Shown here: positions 1-13,663 of the stretch, piece by piece
Position numbering within the stretch: the stretch's first letter is position 1
Layout: every line of letters begins with the position of its first letter
Assembly (NCBI RefSeq): GCF_009914755.1
Contig: NC_060931.1
Reading direction: 5' to 3' (one strand)
Length of the DNA stretch: 64,000 nt
Source: the human T2T-CHM13v2.0 reference genome, Homo sapiens
Made by a program: the position numbers and the translations under genes
Notes under the pieces: model-generated
The model's input: the letters and a program-made list of their open reading frames with translations, nothing else
Databases searched by the model: none
What the model was told of the DNA's origin: nothing

Positions 1-190
1 CTGATTCCGCTGAGCTACTGACCACCCTCCAACTTCTTCCTCACCCTCCTTTTGGAGCACCGTATCACCTCCATACCAATCGAAGTCGTGCTGAGTACAC
101 AATGGACTCTTCCCCACCGCAGCAGTTATAACTAAATAACATCTGTCTTTATTGCTTGTACCTAGTGTCCAGATTTGCTTATCTTTAGCA
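1..190 (+). mobile_element. 3' end of an ERV1-type LTR (MER34/MER39-like, tentative)
   Basis: Ends 'taaataacatctgtctttattgct...tgtccagatttgcttatctttagca', resembling a polyA signal, U5 and terminal CA of MER34/39-group LTRs as recalled. Confidence 0.4.
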
Positions 191-2329
191 ATTTTAGCTT
201 CCTAATAATCCTGATTGTGGGCCTAATACACAGTAAAATTTTTCTATGAACAAATAATGGGTGAATATTGAGAGAAATAAGAGAGATGTGGAAAGGAGTC
301 AGGGGAGGTGGTGGGTTTTTCTGATGAAATAAATGTATTTTACAAGCCTGAAAGAGTGAAAAGTCCGAAAGTTCTGGATGGGGAATGGTGACTGACTACT
401 TCAGGAGCTTGTTACAGAAGCAGCGCAACCACCAGGTTAGCTGTGGGTCAGGGATGGTGGGTGCCTTAGAGGGACCAGTGGTGGAGAGCTGACATGGAAT
501 TAGAATCCCACCTTCCCACGGCCTCACTCATAGAACTCTCTTGCCAGGAGAGATCCCAGCATCTTGGCACCTGAGGCTAAATGTTTCCCCTGTATGTGGG
601 GTGAGGACATAAAATAAAATTATCTCCATAAGGTAAAGGAATACAATTTTTTTTTATTTCCATTGAAGGCAGAGATTTATTTGTGTTTAAGATGAATTTC
701 ATTTATGAATTTACCAGACAAAAAGAGTTTGAGAAACCAAATTACTTTTACATTTTGAAAGCTAGCTATGAACTGTGCATTGTTATAATCATGATGCTAT
801 GCTTAATAAAAATGTAACTTTAGATTAAAACTGTGAGGCTGTTGACCAGAAAATGAGAATCATCTTTGTTTGAATGCATGCCACTTGGCCATGGGTGAAA
901 TACTGAACTGGCCTTGGTCTCTGCTACTTTAGAACTATCTGTTTTAAAGCTGTCAACTATCACTTTGTCTGAGGCTATTTAGCAACTATCAGAAATTATT
1001 TAATTTTATAGAGCACAGAAAGAAAAAACATAGATTAAATTAGCAAATGTGTACAGTAAGCAATTTGGTTGAAACTGAGAACAAGATTTTTGAATCTGAG
1101 AAGAGTGAAAGCTAGAAACTATGATTACATGTCTGTGAAGTTTTCCTCTCTGGATAGGAAAGAGGACTTGTTGTTCAACATAAATATCGTTCCTTTGCTC
1201 TAGGAAAACTATGAAAATGTGCCATTAAGTTATGCAAGAACCTTTCTGGCATGAGAATATTTGAGAAGCTCAATAGGAGTTCCTCTGAGGCTCAGTTGCA
1301 ACTCAATTGTTTCAAGTAATAAAGTGAAAGGTTAGCTGTTTTAAGGAAGTGCCAAAGTCTTTGAAATAACTCTTTTCCTAATATACATGTAGGCCGAGCT
1401 CTGATTAAAATCCATCATTGACCCTCGCAGAGACAAGTGCTTATGTTCAAGCAGATATTCCTAGAAACCAGGAACTGGGGCTAGAAGAGGAGAGGGCAGA
1501 GCGTTTCGGGCAGATCTGCCCCATTTCCAGAGAAGAGTGTTAAACTGTTAGGCCCAGAGGAGCAGGGACAAATAGATTCAGGGGGTCATTGGTAGGCTGT
1601 CCATTTAATTCTATACCTTTCACTTTATTACTTGACACTCTTGAGTTGCAATTGTTGTTAATACAGATTTTAAGAGGAAAGAGAAATAGGAAGATCACAT
1701 ATGAAGGTACTGTGTTATAACTTAATTTGGAGGTTTTTCAGTGATATACAATACTAGTAAAATGTTTGCAGCTTCTGGAACAAGTTGTAAACTGACTGAA
1801 TGAGAAGAAATATATAGATAACTCTAAATTTTCTCTTAAATGATGAGGAAGCTGTATCTGGGATCATTTTAGAGCCAAAGTGGCAGATGTTATTTTCAAC
1901 GGAGTAGGGTATTTATAGTTTCTCATGTAATCTAAGCTAAGTTTCTGTATTTTTTTAGAGTATTTGATTATTTGGACATTCTCTGTGGGAAACAGCAGTA
2001 TCTAAACACATCTGTGATAGGACTGTCAAAGATCAATACAGCTATAATATTGATGTTCTACTTCTGGCATTAACTAAAGATCCCACCTCTGAAAGATCTA
2101 TTGAGACCATCATAGGGAAAGGACTCTAAACTTGTCACATCTGGAAACCCTGTAAGTTAAACTCATTGTAAAATGTCTTTGTAGTATTCTTTTTAAATTA
2201 ATTTATTTGTAAAATATTGCAACCTTTCCTAAGATGTCTAGGGAAAAATTAAGATGTGCTGTGGAGAAAGTTCCACATAATCTCTGGGCTTCTGCAAATC
2301 TCATGAAGAGGCATTAATGGTTTGACTAT

Positions 2330-2774
2330 AGGCTCATTTTGATGATATTATATGTTAATAGCAAATAACATTGGAAGACAGAGATAATGTGTCCTTCCTA
2401 GGCAAAAAGAAGATTTGTTTCCTGACCAAGATAAGAAATGTAATAAATATGTCCCACTAAAACAAAAGGTGGGCATATTTGCAAGCATCTCTTCTCTAAG
2501 AATGGGCATTTCTTAAGCTCTGTTTATTAAGCTGTTACACAAGCCCTCTGCTGATGTGGCATCAGCATCATCTAAGCCACTCCCCAAAGAGACTTGGGGG
2601 TAGAAAACCAATGTGAATGTGAAGCTCACACTGCCTACAGTGCCATAAGGAATGAAGTCCTTTGTCTCTGAAATAGGATTCTCATGTCTTCTGCCAACAT
2701 CAAGGAAATTGTGGCTGGCTAACTTGTTAGCTTAGAAATAGGGGAAAATATTAGATCCTTGTTAGTTCTCGATC
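2330..2774 (+). mobile_element. Degenerate ERV solo LTR (subfamily not assigned)
   Basis: 'aatgaagtcctttgtctctg...tgtcttctgccaacatc...ggctaacttgttagct...aggggaaaatattagatccttgttagttctcga' matches a recalled ancient LTR 3' end. The 5' boundary is approximate. Confidence 0.5.
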
Positions 2775-3696
2775 ATAGGATTCTTGACTTTGGGCAGTAT
2801 GCACACGGAAACAGCTCCTCTTCACTTCCAAAGAACATACAGTGATGGTTGCACCTCAAGAGAGCCTCTTATATCTGACATTGCAGAGGGGATAGTGGAA
2901 GATTATGGCTTTGGTGAGAGCAATAACTCATGAGCATGAGTCAGAGATGATTTAGCCACCCCTTCTCCCAACACACACGTAATTCAAAGTGAAACTTATA
3001 ATTCATAAAATATATGAAGTATAATAAAGCCAGCAAGTCTTTTTCCCCATTGTGATAATTTTAATGCTTTTTCAAATGAATCAACCATAAATATTTATAA
3101 ATAGATATTTTATCACCTTTTTGGTGGTGATGCTTTGGGACTCTAATCACTTTCTGTATTGCTAGCTAGATGTGTTGGCTCTAGGAGCTGCTGATTAGCT
3201 GGAACATGGTTCCTGATGGTCATCATGACAGCTGCAAAGCTCAGTGGTTTAATTGTTATGATGATTTCTTTCTTCCTTAGTTTCAGGAAAGGATTAATAA
3301 AACATTCTGTTGGAATATTTTAATGGCATCTTGCTCAGTTGCTCACAATGTTACCCCTTTGCTTCTGATCTCTCTTATTTAACTCAATTCATATCAAATC
3401 TCTTCCATTTCTCTCATCTTACAGTGTACATCAATTTGCTATTCAAGCTCAAAATATTCCAACTAAACTCCTACGTTCACCTGTAAATGCTGTTTAATGC
3501 ATTCAAATCCATCCAATCTGGCATTGAGGCCCATTGATAATATATCTATCATCTTGTCCCTATGCATCTCACTATAAATGGCCTATTTAGAGTCCTTAAC
3601 ACTTCCTCTTTCAACTACTACCATGTCCTCCAAAAGTCTGGAGGCTCACTTCAGGGTTACCCACCAACCGCACTCTTGCTTTCTCCCCAGCTAGCA

Positions 3697-3991
3697 TTTT
3701 TCTTTTTCTTTTTTTTTTTTTAACAGAGTCTTACTCTGTTGCTCAGGCTAACGTACAGTGGTGTGATCTCTGCTCACTGCAACCTCTGCCTCCCGGATTC
3801 AGGTGAACCCAGCCTCCAGAGTAGCTGGGATTACAGGCACCTGCCACCGCACCCAGCTAATTTTTCTATTTTTAGTAGAGGCAGGGTTTCATCATCTTGG
3901 CCAGGTTGGTCTCGAACTTGTGACCTCGTGATCCACCCATCTTGGCCTCCCAAAGTGCTGGGATTACAGGCATGAGCCACCGCACCTGGCC
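3697..3991 (-). mobile_element. AluS-type SINE with a small internal deletion
   Basis: Poly-T, then both reverse-complement Alu arms ending 'ccaccgcacctggcc'. TSD cca(g/a)ctagcatttt on both sides. Confidence 0.96.
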
Positions 3992-5504
3992 CCAACTAGC
4001 ATTTTCTAAACTGCTGTTTCTACCATTCCCCATAATCCTCAAGGTTCTGTCCTGCTGTAGCCTGGCATTGACACTCTAACCTCAGGCTGCTTCACTGGCC
4101 TAAGCTTCAGCAGTAGCAGCCCCAGCTCCTGAGACATGTCCTTCTCCCATAGCAGCAGAACGGATGCATTCTTCTTCTGCCCAGGAAGCACTTTCCTCCT
4201 TCATCAACTTGGCTAACCCTGTGCTTCTTCAATTCTTCACTCAAGCAGAACTCCTTACTGGGATGACTTTCATCTCTTCACCTGAGCATATCCTTCTTCT
4301 GGATCTCATGTTGTTGTATGTTTCATATTTTGTAGTCTCTTTGCATTGTCATGGGTTTTATTTTGGGGTTTGCCATGTCTTTGTAGTAGTTTGATGTCAA
4401 TTATTCTTTATATCTCTGGTACATCCTGGATGGGCAACACATTTACTGAAAAAAAGTTTTATATATATATGTGTGTGTGTGTACATATATATAAAATATT
4501 ATATATAATTTATTAAATGATTTGATCCCAATCACATTTCATTCCTCATGTAATGTACTGTATGTTATAATCATGTCTGTGGTTGCGTGAATGGGGAGGG
4601 GGTCCATTAAGAGCAGTAAACTTTATTTTGAAATCCAATAAATATTTACTATTATTAAAATATAAATATGTTTAACATGGAATCATGATGAATAAAAATC
4701 TTGAGTTCATTTTATGTAAGACGTGAGTGACTGATTACTGTTGCACTCGCTGGGTCTTCCTTTTGCTGAGGGTGCTGCACTACACTCTGAGATGCAATGG
4801 GTGTCAAGGGATTCTCATTGTACAGGTGGACAATGACCATGGGAGGTGGAGGGTAGTGGGCACACCAACAGGTTCCACGGTGACAATTTCCTGTTTCTGC
4901 AGAGACCTTCTTGGGCCACCTCTCTGACAGGGGATTTTCTTTTGTTTCATTTTGCTTTCCTTTTGTAAGTGGAGAACATCTTTAGCTTCCTCCAGGGAAC
5001 TGAGTGATGGAGCAATCAGGAGTTAGTTTTGTGATAATTACAGCTGTGTCAAAGCAGTGACGGAGAATTTGTGGAGAATCTCATTTACTCTTCTGGAAGC
5101 ACATCTTTTCATGCAAGCACCACTTCACAGACTGATTTGCTCGAGTCTGTCTGTGCTGAATTTAGAAAACAGAGCCATTTGTTTTTTCCATTGGAAATTT
5201 TCCTGGCTCATCAAATAAAATCTAAATAATACCTTCATTTATTTGTCAGCACCTTGTTACAAACATAACCTTTATTTGTCCATGCTTTACCATGAAGTGA
5301 TTACTTAGAAAACTGTTAGTAGGAAACTTTCCACTCTTCTGAGTTACTTTATTTCACACAGCCTGATGTCCGAAATCACTAACATTTTAAATATCCTGTC
5401 ATAAAAAAACTGAAGGTGATTTACCAGTGAAAATGTACAAAATAAGATTCTTTAATATACTATTTCTGAGTATCACAACCAAAAAAATTCATTTTTTAAT
5501 CTTA

Positions 5505-5506
<2 letters not shown>

Positions 5507-5548
<42 letters not shown>
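5507..5548. repeat. (TG)21 microsatellite
   Basis: Perfect TG run, read directly. Confidence 0.97.
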
Positions 5549-5550
<2 letters not shown>

Positions 5551-6282
5551 CATAATTCTATAATTCTTATGGTCAGAATTCAGGGAATTTTTCTATCCCA
5601 AGAGAACCTTCATCATTATGAATGAACTATCTGCAATGATTACTAATCCCATGACAAATGACAGCTATTTTCTGAACACTATACATGTACTATTTTATTT
5701 ATTAATTTAGAAGCATCCAATTAAATTTTGGTTTGGTGAATATGCTGTACACAGGAAATACATATTAAACATTGGAAAAATAAGTAAAAATCAGGACCTT
5801 CAAAAATGCATCATTTCTTACGAAAGGTAGGTAAATATCTAAAGTACTTATTATAAATATGTAGTGGTAGGGGCTGTCTAAAAATATGCTGTAGAAGCAA
5901 ATGTTGCATCTAATGACAAGCTAATACTACAATAGAATGAAGTGGTCAAGTAAAACTATGAAGCAAAGATAATGGCTAGCTGATAATTAAGAAGTTACTA
6001 ATCCCAATTACTAGGTAGATGAAGGACTTAATAAGCAAATAAGTTTAAATACATGGCGACATGAGAGAACATGTTACACCTCAAGAACTGCAAGTAATTT
6101 GATGTAAAAAGAAAAAGAGGGATGGAAAGTCAATGTGTCAAGGAGTATAAGTAAAGGTCAAATTATGTCATGGTAGGAAGTTTAGGAATATTAGAACAGA
6201 AAAGTCACATATAGTAAACAGGAAATTATATTTTATAGATTTTTTTTTATTTCCTTGTGAAATCAAATTTAAAAAGATGGTA

Positions 6283-6600
6283 GGCCTGGTGGCAGTGGCT
6301 CACGCCTGGAATCCCAGCACTTTGGGAGGCCGAGGCAGGCAGATCACGAGGTCTGGAGATGGTGACTATCCTGGCTAACACGGTGAAACCCCGTCTCTAC
6401 TAAAAATATAAAAAATTAGCGGGGCGTGGTGGCGGGTGCCTGTAGTTCCAGCTACTCAGGAGGCTGAGGCAGGAGAATGGCGTGAACCCGGGAGGCAGAG
6501 CTTGCAGTGAGTCGAGATCCCGCCACTGCGCTTCCAGCCTGGGGGCCCAGAGCAAGACTCTTGTCTCAAAAGTAAAAAAAAAAAAATAAAAAAATAAAAA
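6283..6600 (+). mobile_element. AluY-type SINE
   Basis: Full dimer with Y-type diagnostics ('atcctggctaacacggtgaaacc', 'ggagaatggcgtgaacccgggagg...agcttgcagtgag'), A tail, and TSD aaaaaga(t/g)ggta. Confidence 0.95.
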
Positions 6601-6811
6601 GAGGGTAAAGTTTCCTGTCAAAATGTTGCTATGAAATTAATATAAGAATATATGACAATTTCAAGTGTAGGCATTAGCCATGGAAAACTATTTCGAGAAA
6701 GTAAAAGTATTTTTCCATGTATTTAAAAGCACATGTTTATATATTATATTTTGCCAGGTATAAGCCTATTTGCTTTATAAACATTTGCTTCTTTATAGTC
6801 CTTAAAATAAT

Positions 6812-6965
6812 CATATTATTATCATTCTCATCCCATTTATAGATGAAGGAACATAAATAGAGAGATGAAGTAATTTCGCTAAGGCTTCAGACCTGGTGAA
6901 TGAAAGAGCCTTGGGTTTGAAGCCTGGTAGTGCAGCACTAGTATGTTCTCTTAACTGCAAAACCA
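6812..6965 (-). mobile_element. MIR SINE fragment
   Basis: 'cccatttatagatgaaggaac...gagagatgaagtaatttcgctaagg...gggtttgaagcctgg' is the reverse complement of the MIR core. Confidence 0.8.
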
Positions 6966-7914
6966 TGCTATTTTTCAGGTTTAATCTTCTTTTTAAGTGA
7001 AGTGTAGCAGAGAAGAAAGATCCTGGGCTAACTTTCTGATAATGAATTGAGCAAATAGTTACCAGGTGCTTATAGTTAACTGGAATAGGATACCCATGAA
7101 ATAAACTAGATTTGGGATACATTTCAGACACACTTAAGAATCTATCACAGCACTGTCATGTCTTTAGGTTAAAGACAGAAGTGTGGAAAAAAAAAAAGTT
7201 GAGAAAAGCTGTTTGAACTGCATTCATAGGTTTAAGGGTTGCAATTTCATTCAATTAAAAAACAATAGAAATAGTAATATGAGGAAAAAGCACATGTTGG
7301 AATTTCTGTTTCCAGCCAGCGTGGAGTAATAAGGACTTAACTTTTCATCTAGTCATTAAAAAAATAAAAACTAGACTTAATATGTAACACAACTCATTGC
7401 AAAATGAAGAACTGTGACCCCTGAGAAAAGAGAAGCACATGAGAGGTGCCCTATTGTCCAAGCGGTCTCCTTAGAACCATTACTATCAAATTCATGGAGC
7501 CCAGGATAGGGGTTATCATGATTTCCGGAGGTGGAGGTTGAGATTCTTGGGGAGACCATTGTAGTTGAAATTTTCAGTCAGAGTACCAGAGGAAGCTAGC
7601 AGAAAATGCTTTCCAAAAATCTTCCTAGGAGTCTTCTTGACTATGTGGCTAAATAAAAACTACCTGTGCATAAAGTGAAACTCCAAAGGCTGGTAAAGAT
7701 GAACCTGAGAGCTTTACAAAAGAAAATATCAGTATTTTTGAAGACAGATCAATGAAAAATATCCAAGATGGAGTGATGAGAGAGAGAAAAAGGTTGCATT
7801 CCACCTCCTTCAGTGACAAAACTGGGGCCTGTATTTTAACTCTGTGACCCACTGAGAGTCTCACTAACGTTCACATTATACACCCACCCCACCTCATCTC
7901 TCTTTCTCTCTATT

Positions 7915-7918
<4 letters not shown>

Positions 7919-7949
<31 letters not shown>

Positions 7950-7962
7950 CTCTCTCTCTCTC
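7919..7962. repeat. Compound (CA)n(CT)n microsatellite
   Basis: Read directly. Confidence 0.95.
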
Positions 7963-8251
7963 ACGATCATTAGAAAATAAGAAGGCGATTCACTTCTCTT
8001 CTGCATTCTGGTAAACTTTTATTATTTCTGCTGGTAGATGTAGATAGCCTGTAACTCTGCCTTGATTATTCCTCTCCAAATCCCATCCCTAGAAAGTGCT
8101 GCCTATTCATTACTGATTTGCCAAATGCTTCTATCTTTCTTTTCTGTCATTACTCTTCAAGCAAATTAACAATGATTTGAATGTACATCCAGAAGTAAAC
8201 TTTATATTTGAAATTATAGAACATTCCCCATTTGTCAGTGAAATATATCAT

Positions 8252-8303
8252 AAAGCACATTTGAAACTATGGGTATCAAAGCACATTTGAAACTATGGGT
8301 ATC
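8252..8303. repeat. Perfect 26-bp tandem duplication
   Basis: aaagcacatttgaaactatgggtatc occurs twice, head to tail. Confidence 0.97.
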
Positions 8304-8329
8304 AAAACCAGAAAAAAATATTGAGTTTG

Positions 8330-8830
8330 TAATTGAGAAATATGGCTGACACTACCTTAATTAAGTGATCATTCAACCTCCCCACTATTAGGACAAACTG
8401 ACCTTTCTTCCCTTAATTGATAGACTGAGAAGGACACATCAGCCAGCTAAGTAGCAGTCCTGCTAAATGTTTAGACTCTAGTCATGAGAAATCAATCTAA
8501 TGAATGCAAATGGGTGGATATAAGGTCTGAAGTTTTAAAATATCAGTGTTCTTAATTTCGATGTACTAAACAAATAAAACTTCAGGCCAAAAAAATGGAA
8601 AATACAAAGAAACAGAAAGATATAGAGAACATTATTGCAAAGATAGAAGAAAACTATGTGGAATGCATATAACATAATTGGATCAGTGTTACATTTTCTG
8701 AATGTTTTACTATATGTGGTTATGTAGATGAATCTTCTTGTTCTTAGGATATACATACTAATGTATTTCAGGGTGAAGTAATAAAGTGAAAGGTAGATCA
8801 ACATGGCAAAATGTTAAGAACTGAAGAAGT
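8330..8830 (+). mobile_element. Ancient L1M (L1MC/MD/ME-like) 3' UTR fragment
   Basis: 'gacactaccttaattaagtgatc', 'gtggttatgtagatgaatcttcttgttcttagga' and 'atggcaaaatgttaa' are typical of old L1M 3' ends. Confidence 0.6.
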
Positions 8831-8884
8831 TTGTCATTTTCATGAATAGAGTGATATTCAGATATAATATGAACCATAAATAAA

Positions 8885-8992
8885 TATATATGTGTGTATA
8901 TATACATATATATAAATATATATATATATAGAGAGAGAGAGTAGACAGAGAGAGAGAAAGAGACAGAAAAAAAGAGAGAGAAGAGAGAGAGA
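8885..8992. repeat. (TA)n/(GA)n low-complexity tract
   Basis: Read directly. Confidence 0.9.
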
Positions 8993-9002
8993 GGTAGATG
9001 AA

Positions 9003-9880
9003 TACATCTGCCCCAGGTTCCTGAAACAGAGCTCCTGAAATCCTTGTATTGTATTAATAGCAGAGATGCTAGGAGAATCATTTACTCTACTATTTGTTCT
9101 TTAACTCCAGTTCGTGACACAGAGCTCCTAAGACCTTTGTAATTTCCTGAGTGATAGGAGAATCTTTCGTTCTAATGGGGTGACTCTCAGTGGTTGGGTC
9201 TGGTTGCCAAGGAAATCATCTGTGTGATTTGGGGGTTGGAACTTTCAACCCCCACCCTCCAACCTCTGGGAGGGGAGAGGAAGTGAAGGTTGAGTTGGTT
9301 ATCAATGGCCAATGATTTAGTCAATCACGACAATACAATTTCGTTAAACCCCAAGAGGCCTGGATCCACAAAGCCTCCAGATTGTTGAACAGGTGGCGAT
9401 GTCTTGGGGGTGGGCCCAGAGAGGGCATGGAAGCTCCACCCTCCTTCCAAGCTTCCTTGCTCTGTGCATCTCCTCTGTCTGGCTGTTCATCTGTGACCTT
9501 TGTAATATTATTTATAATGAGTAGATAAACACAAGTATTTCCCTGAGTTCTGTGGAGGACTTCAGCAAATTAATTGAAGCCAAGGAGGGCATCGTGGAAA
9601 CCCCAGATTTATAGCAGGCTGGCCAGAAATACAAGTTCTCCTGAGACTTGCACCTGTCATATGAAGTGGGGGCAGGCTTGTAAGACTGAGCCCTTAACCC
9701 TATGCCCTGAGAGACAGTGTCAGAATTGAGTTAAATAATGGAGCACCCAGCTGGTCCCTGCTATAGAATTGTTTGGTGTGTGGAGAAAAATACTGATACA
9801 TTTAATGTCAAAAGTGTTCTGCAAGTATTGAGAGGGGTGAGTGGAAAACTAGGAAAACAATTTGTTTCCCATTTCTTACA
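9003..9880 (+). mobile_element. MER21-family LTR
   Basis: Repeated 'cagagctcct..aa..ccttg', plus 'gggttggaactttcaacccccaccctccaacctctgggaggggagagg', 'caatggccaatgattt' and 'gagggcatggaagctcc', all characteristic of MER21. Confidence 0.85.
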
Positions 9881-9889
9881 AATGAGAGC

Positions 9890-10960
9890 ACACAGTATCT
9901 TAAGATGTCTGTTCTTTCCAAATTTATATTCAAAATTAATGCAATCCAAATCAAAATCTTATCAGATTAGCTTTAGAGACTAACAAATTGTAAAATTATT
10001 AACAAGTACAGAGGAGCTAAGATAGTTAAAACAAATTTGAAAAGAACAAAGTGTTATGACTTGAAATACCTAATTTCAGGATTCACTATACAGCTACAAT
10101 AATCAACATCGTATGTTATTGGCAGAAGGACAGACGCATAGATGAGTGGAGTAGAATAAAAAGCCTAGAAAGAAATCCATTTATATGTGAACAATTAAAT
10201 TTTGACAAAACTCATATGTATCTAACACAGAAAAGCTAGTCTTTTAAAAAATATTTGGAACAACCAAGTATTAATTAAAAAAATACTCAATCTTTACCTC
10301 TCATCACATATAAAATTGACTTGAAGGTGTTCTAAACCTTAAACTTAAATCTATAAATAAAAAAAGTCTACAAAAATGTGGGATAAAAATTTTTGTCTTT
10401 GGTATAGCCAAATATTTCTTTGCTAGAATATAAAATGCATTGGTAACTTAAAAATTATGAATTGTACTTTATAGAACTAAAGCAAAAATACTCCCAAAAT
10501 GCCCATTGTCATACACTGATAATATTACACTGATGATTTTGAAAACATAGACAAAATGGATGACATTTTCTGGGAAAACTAATTAATAAAAATAATACAC
10601 CAAAAGCAGAAACCTGTATAAACTATGAAACAAATTGGGCTAATTAATGGCAAAAATTTTAAACTAAGGCAATTCCCATATTATTCTGAGAAAACTTTAA
10701 AGAGACTATAAAGTTCTCAGGTTATAAGCAAAATGTTCTGTATTATTGAAAAAGTGAGAAAACCTCCTGATTTATTAAGGAATACCAGAATAACCTTGAC
10801 ACCAAAAACTGACAGGATGAACAATGAAACTCTAGATATATCTTACTGCTGAATATAGTCGCCAACATTTTAATTTAATTCTAACAAATCAAATTGAGCA
10901 GTATATTAAAATTATGGCAAAGTGCAATTTATTCTAAGAATAAAAGTCTGATTCCATGTT
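9890..10960 (+). mobile_element. Two degenerate L1M ORF2 fragments
   Basis: 9890-10490 resembles post-RT ORF2 ('aatgcaatccaaatcaaaatc', 'tatacagctacaataatcaac'). 10535-10960 resembles pre-RT ORF2 ('gaaaacatagacaaaatgga', 'ataaccttgacaccaaaa'). Confidence 0.65.
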
Positions 10961-11559
10961 AATTTTTTCTTTTTGTAATTTACAGCTGCACCTTTCAGCA
11001 CTTTCTAAAGTTTTTGGCCTCCTAAGATAGGATTTGTATTAGTGAGAGGTATACATCAACTGAATTTCCTTATTTTAAACATTCATAAAGTAGAAGAGGG
11101 CTAAGAATAAAAGCAAAGTAGATAAGCCTTTTCATTTCTTTCTGCTCTTCCTTCATCTCTTTTGCATGTGCAGCTACACCTCACATGAATGCCTATCCAT
11201 TCCTAGGCAAAGATTACCTTACAACTTCTCCTGTGCAGTTCACCATTTCCAGAGTCCCTCCAATTAAAGAAATGCTAGTCTAGCTGCAGTTCCCCTGGGT
11301 AAACTAAAAAATATCCTATATGATTACATTGTTCCCTATCTGTTCTGTACAAATGATAATGGTTTCACTGTTTAATACACTCATTTTTTTATGTTCCCAG
11401 GAGAATGCAGGTCAGGGATTATGGGCATTAATATTATTTCAGTTATTTCCTAGTCGATATATCCTAGGTGCATCATGTTCTCTAATAATCTTCTTTAAAA
11501 ATACAATCTTATTTTAGTGCAGAAACCATTTTTAATAGTTTGCTTATTGTATTGTTAAA

Positions 11560-12130
11560 CTATATCTTTTCAAAATGCATTATGAACTAATTCAAACTTA
11601 GCAAAAGACGCATGTACCCAGCTTAAGAAATACCGCAAATAGTAGTGTTCATGTGTATCTTGTCTAATCAAATTATCCTACCTCAATTTTTCACCAAAGA
11701 GTCAAGTGTTCATTTTACATGCATTTTTATCACATCAAATATGTCACAATCATATGTAGCATTATTTTTCATGTTTCTAAACTTTATAAAAATGCTATCA
11801 TACTGCATGTTTCAGCTGACAATTTGCTTTATTCTACCCAACAGGGTTTGTTTTCCTCTAAGATTTTTCTAAGTTAATACTTATAGCTTTACAAATGTAT
11901 TCTCACAATGCATAATTCTTTATTATATCAACAATTTAAAGTGTTGATTTGCCTGTTGACAATTTAGGGCATTTATACTTTTTTTGGCTACTATAAAGGG
12001 TGCTACAATGATCATCCCTGCACGTGTCAGTTTGAGGCACACAAGCAAGAATGTTTTAGCAGTTGCATTGTTTAGACAGTGGAAACATGCATCTTCAGCT
12101 TCCATATTTATTGATGAACTTCTCTAAATC
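11560..12130 (-). mobile_element. L1ME-like 3' fragment
   Basis: 'aactttataaaaatgctatcatactgcatg' and 'tttttggctactataaagggtgctacaatgatcatccctgcacgtgtc' match an antisense old L1 3' end. Confidence 0.55.
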
Positions 12131-13358
12131 AAGTTGGGTAATTTTTATAACCTTTATTATGTGTATGTTCAACTAAGTTTCTCTTTGCCATATTTCTCTC
12201 CATTCATCACTCCCAGCAATTCCTTCCTTTTTTTTACGTGACTTTTCTATGTGGACGCACGTCCTAAAATGGCTATAATCATTATAGGAGTGTGTCCATC
12301 CTGCTTGTGTGGGTGAGAAGCAGGAGGTGGGGATTAGTTCCAAAGTACAAGTAATTCTTTTGGGTGGAGTCAGGATGTCAAGGTGAGTGCTTCGTACCCC
12401 TATTCAGAGCCATCTATCAAACTACATTTTGGCCTTAATCTTTTTTAATCCACTGCTGTTTAAATTCAAGGGTCTGTGCTATAGAGTTCTGTCACTTCTT
12501 TTTGTAAATGAGATAATCTGTAGTTTACTTTAACATAGCTCCATTTAACCACCCTCTTATGGTAGGATTATAGCCACAATATAGTGTTAAATATTTGCAG
12601 AAGTAGAGATGTTTGCATTAAGTTCATTCATAATGTTTTAAAAACTCATAAAGCAGAAGAGGTCCAAGAAAAAGAGCTAACCTCTCTAATTTTTGTATAC
12701 TTATGAAAGGGTTCTTTTCACCTTCATATTTATCTGTACTGTTCTAACCCAAGCCATTAGAATATTCCAATTATCTTGTCTCTATGTTTTTCCTAGTATC
12801 CAATTGCATTAGCAAGAATTTTCAGTAACATATTAAAAACAAATAAAAGAAATAATATAAAGAGTGAGCAGGATTGCTTTGGCCCTGATTCATTGGGAAT
12901 AACCTCTATTGTTTCATTACTTAAGTGACAATTTTACTAAATTTGGGGCTGCAGTATAAATTAAATAACAGTCAACCTGTCTTCTTTAAAAAAATTTCTA
13001 ATATGATAGTCTATTTATTTATTTTTTAACTTCTATTTCAGGTTTGTGGGTACATGTGAATATTTTTTATATAGGTAAACTCGTGTCACAGAGTTTGTTG
13101 TGCAAATTATTTCAATCACTCACGTACAAAGCCTTGTACTCAATAGTTATTTTTTCTGCTCCTCCCCCTCCTCCCACCATTTGCCCTGCAATAGGCCTCA
13201 GTGTCTGTTGTTCCCTTTTTTGTGTTCATGTGTTATCATTTAACTCCCACTTCTAAGTGAGAACATCCAGTATTTGGTTTTCTGTTCCTGCATTAGTTTG
13301 CTAAGGATAATGGCCTTCAGCTCTATTCATGACCCTGCAAAGGACATGATCCCATTCA

Positions 13359-13663
13359 TTTTCTTTTTTTTTTTTTCTTTTGAGACAGAGCCTCCCTGTG
13401 TCCCCCAGGCTGGAGTGCAATGGTGTGATCTCGGCTCACTGTAAACTCCGCCTCCCCTGTTAAAGTGATTCTCTTGCCTCAGCCTCCTGAGTAGCTGGGA
13501 TTACAGGCACCCACCACTATGCCCAGCTACTTTTTGTATTTTTAGTAGATAAGGGGATTCACCATGTTGGTCAGGCTGGTGTTGAACTCCTGACCTCAGG
13601 TGATCTGCCTGCTTCAGCCTCCCAAAGTGCTGGGATTACAGGCATGAGCCACCGTGCCTGGCC
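13359..13663 (-). mobile_element. AluSx-type SINE inside L1PA
   Basis: Full antisense dimer with TSD atcccattcattt on both sides. Confidence 0.96.

Noticed and set aside
3739-3975. Alu-derived ORFs (also 6400-6621, 19832-20169, 43233-43415, 54134-54319, 62021-62401)
   Set aside because: These are standard antisense Alu translations (LECSG..AHCNL, PPKVLGL), not genes.
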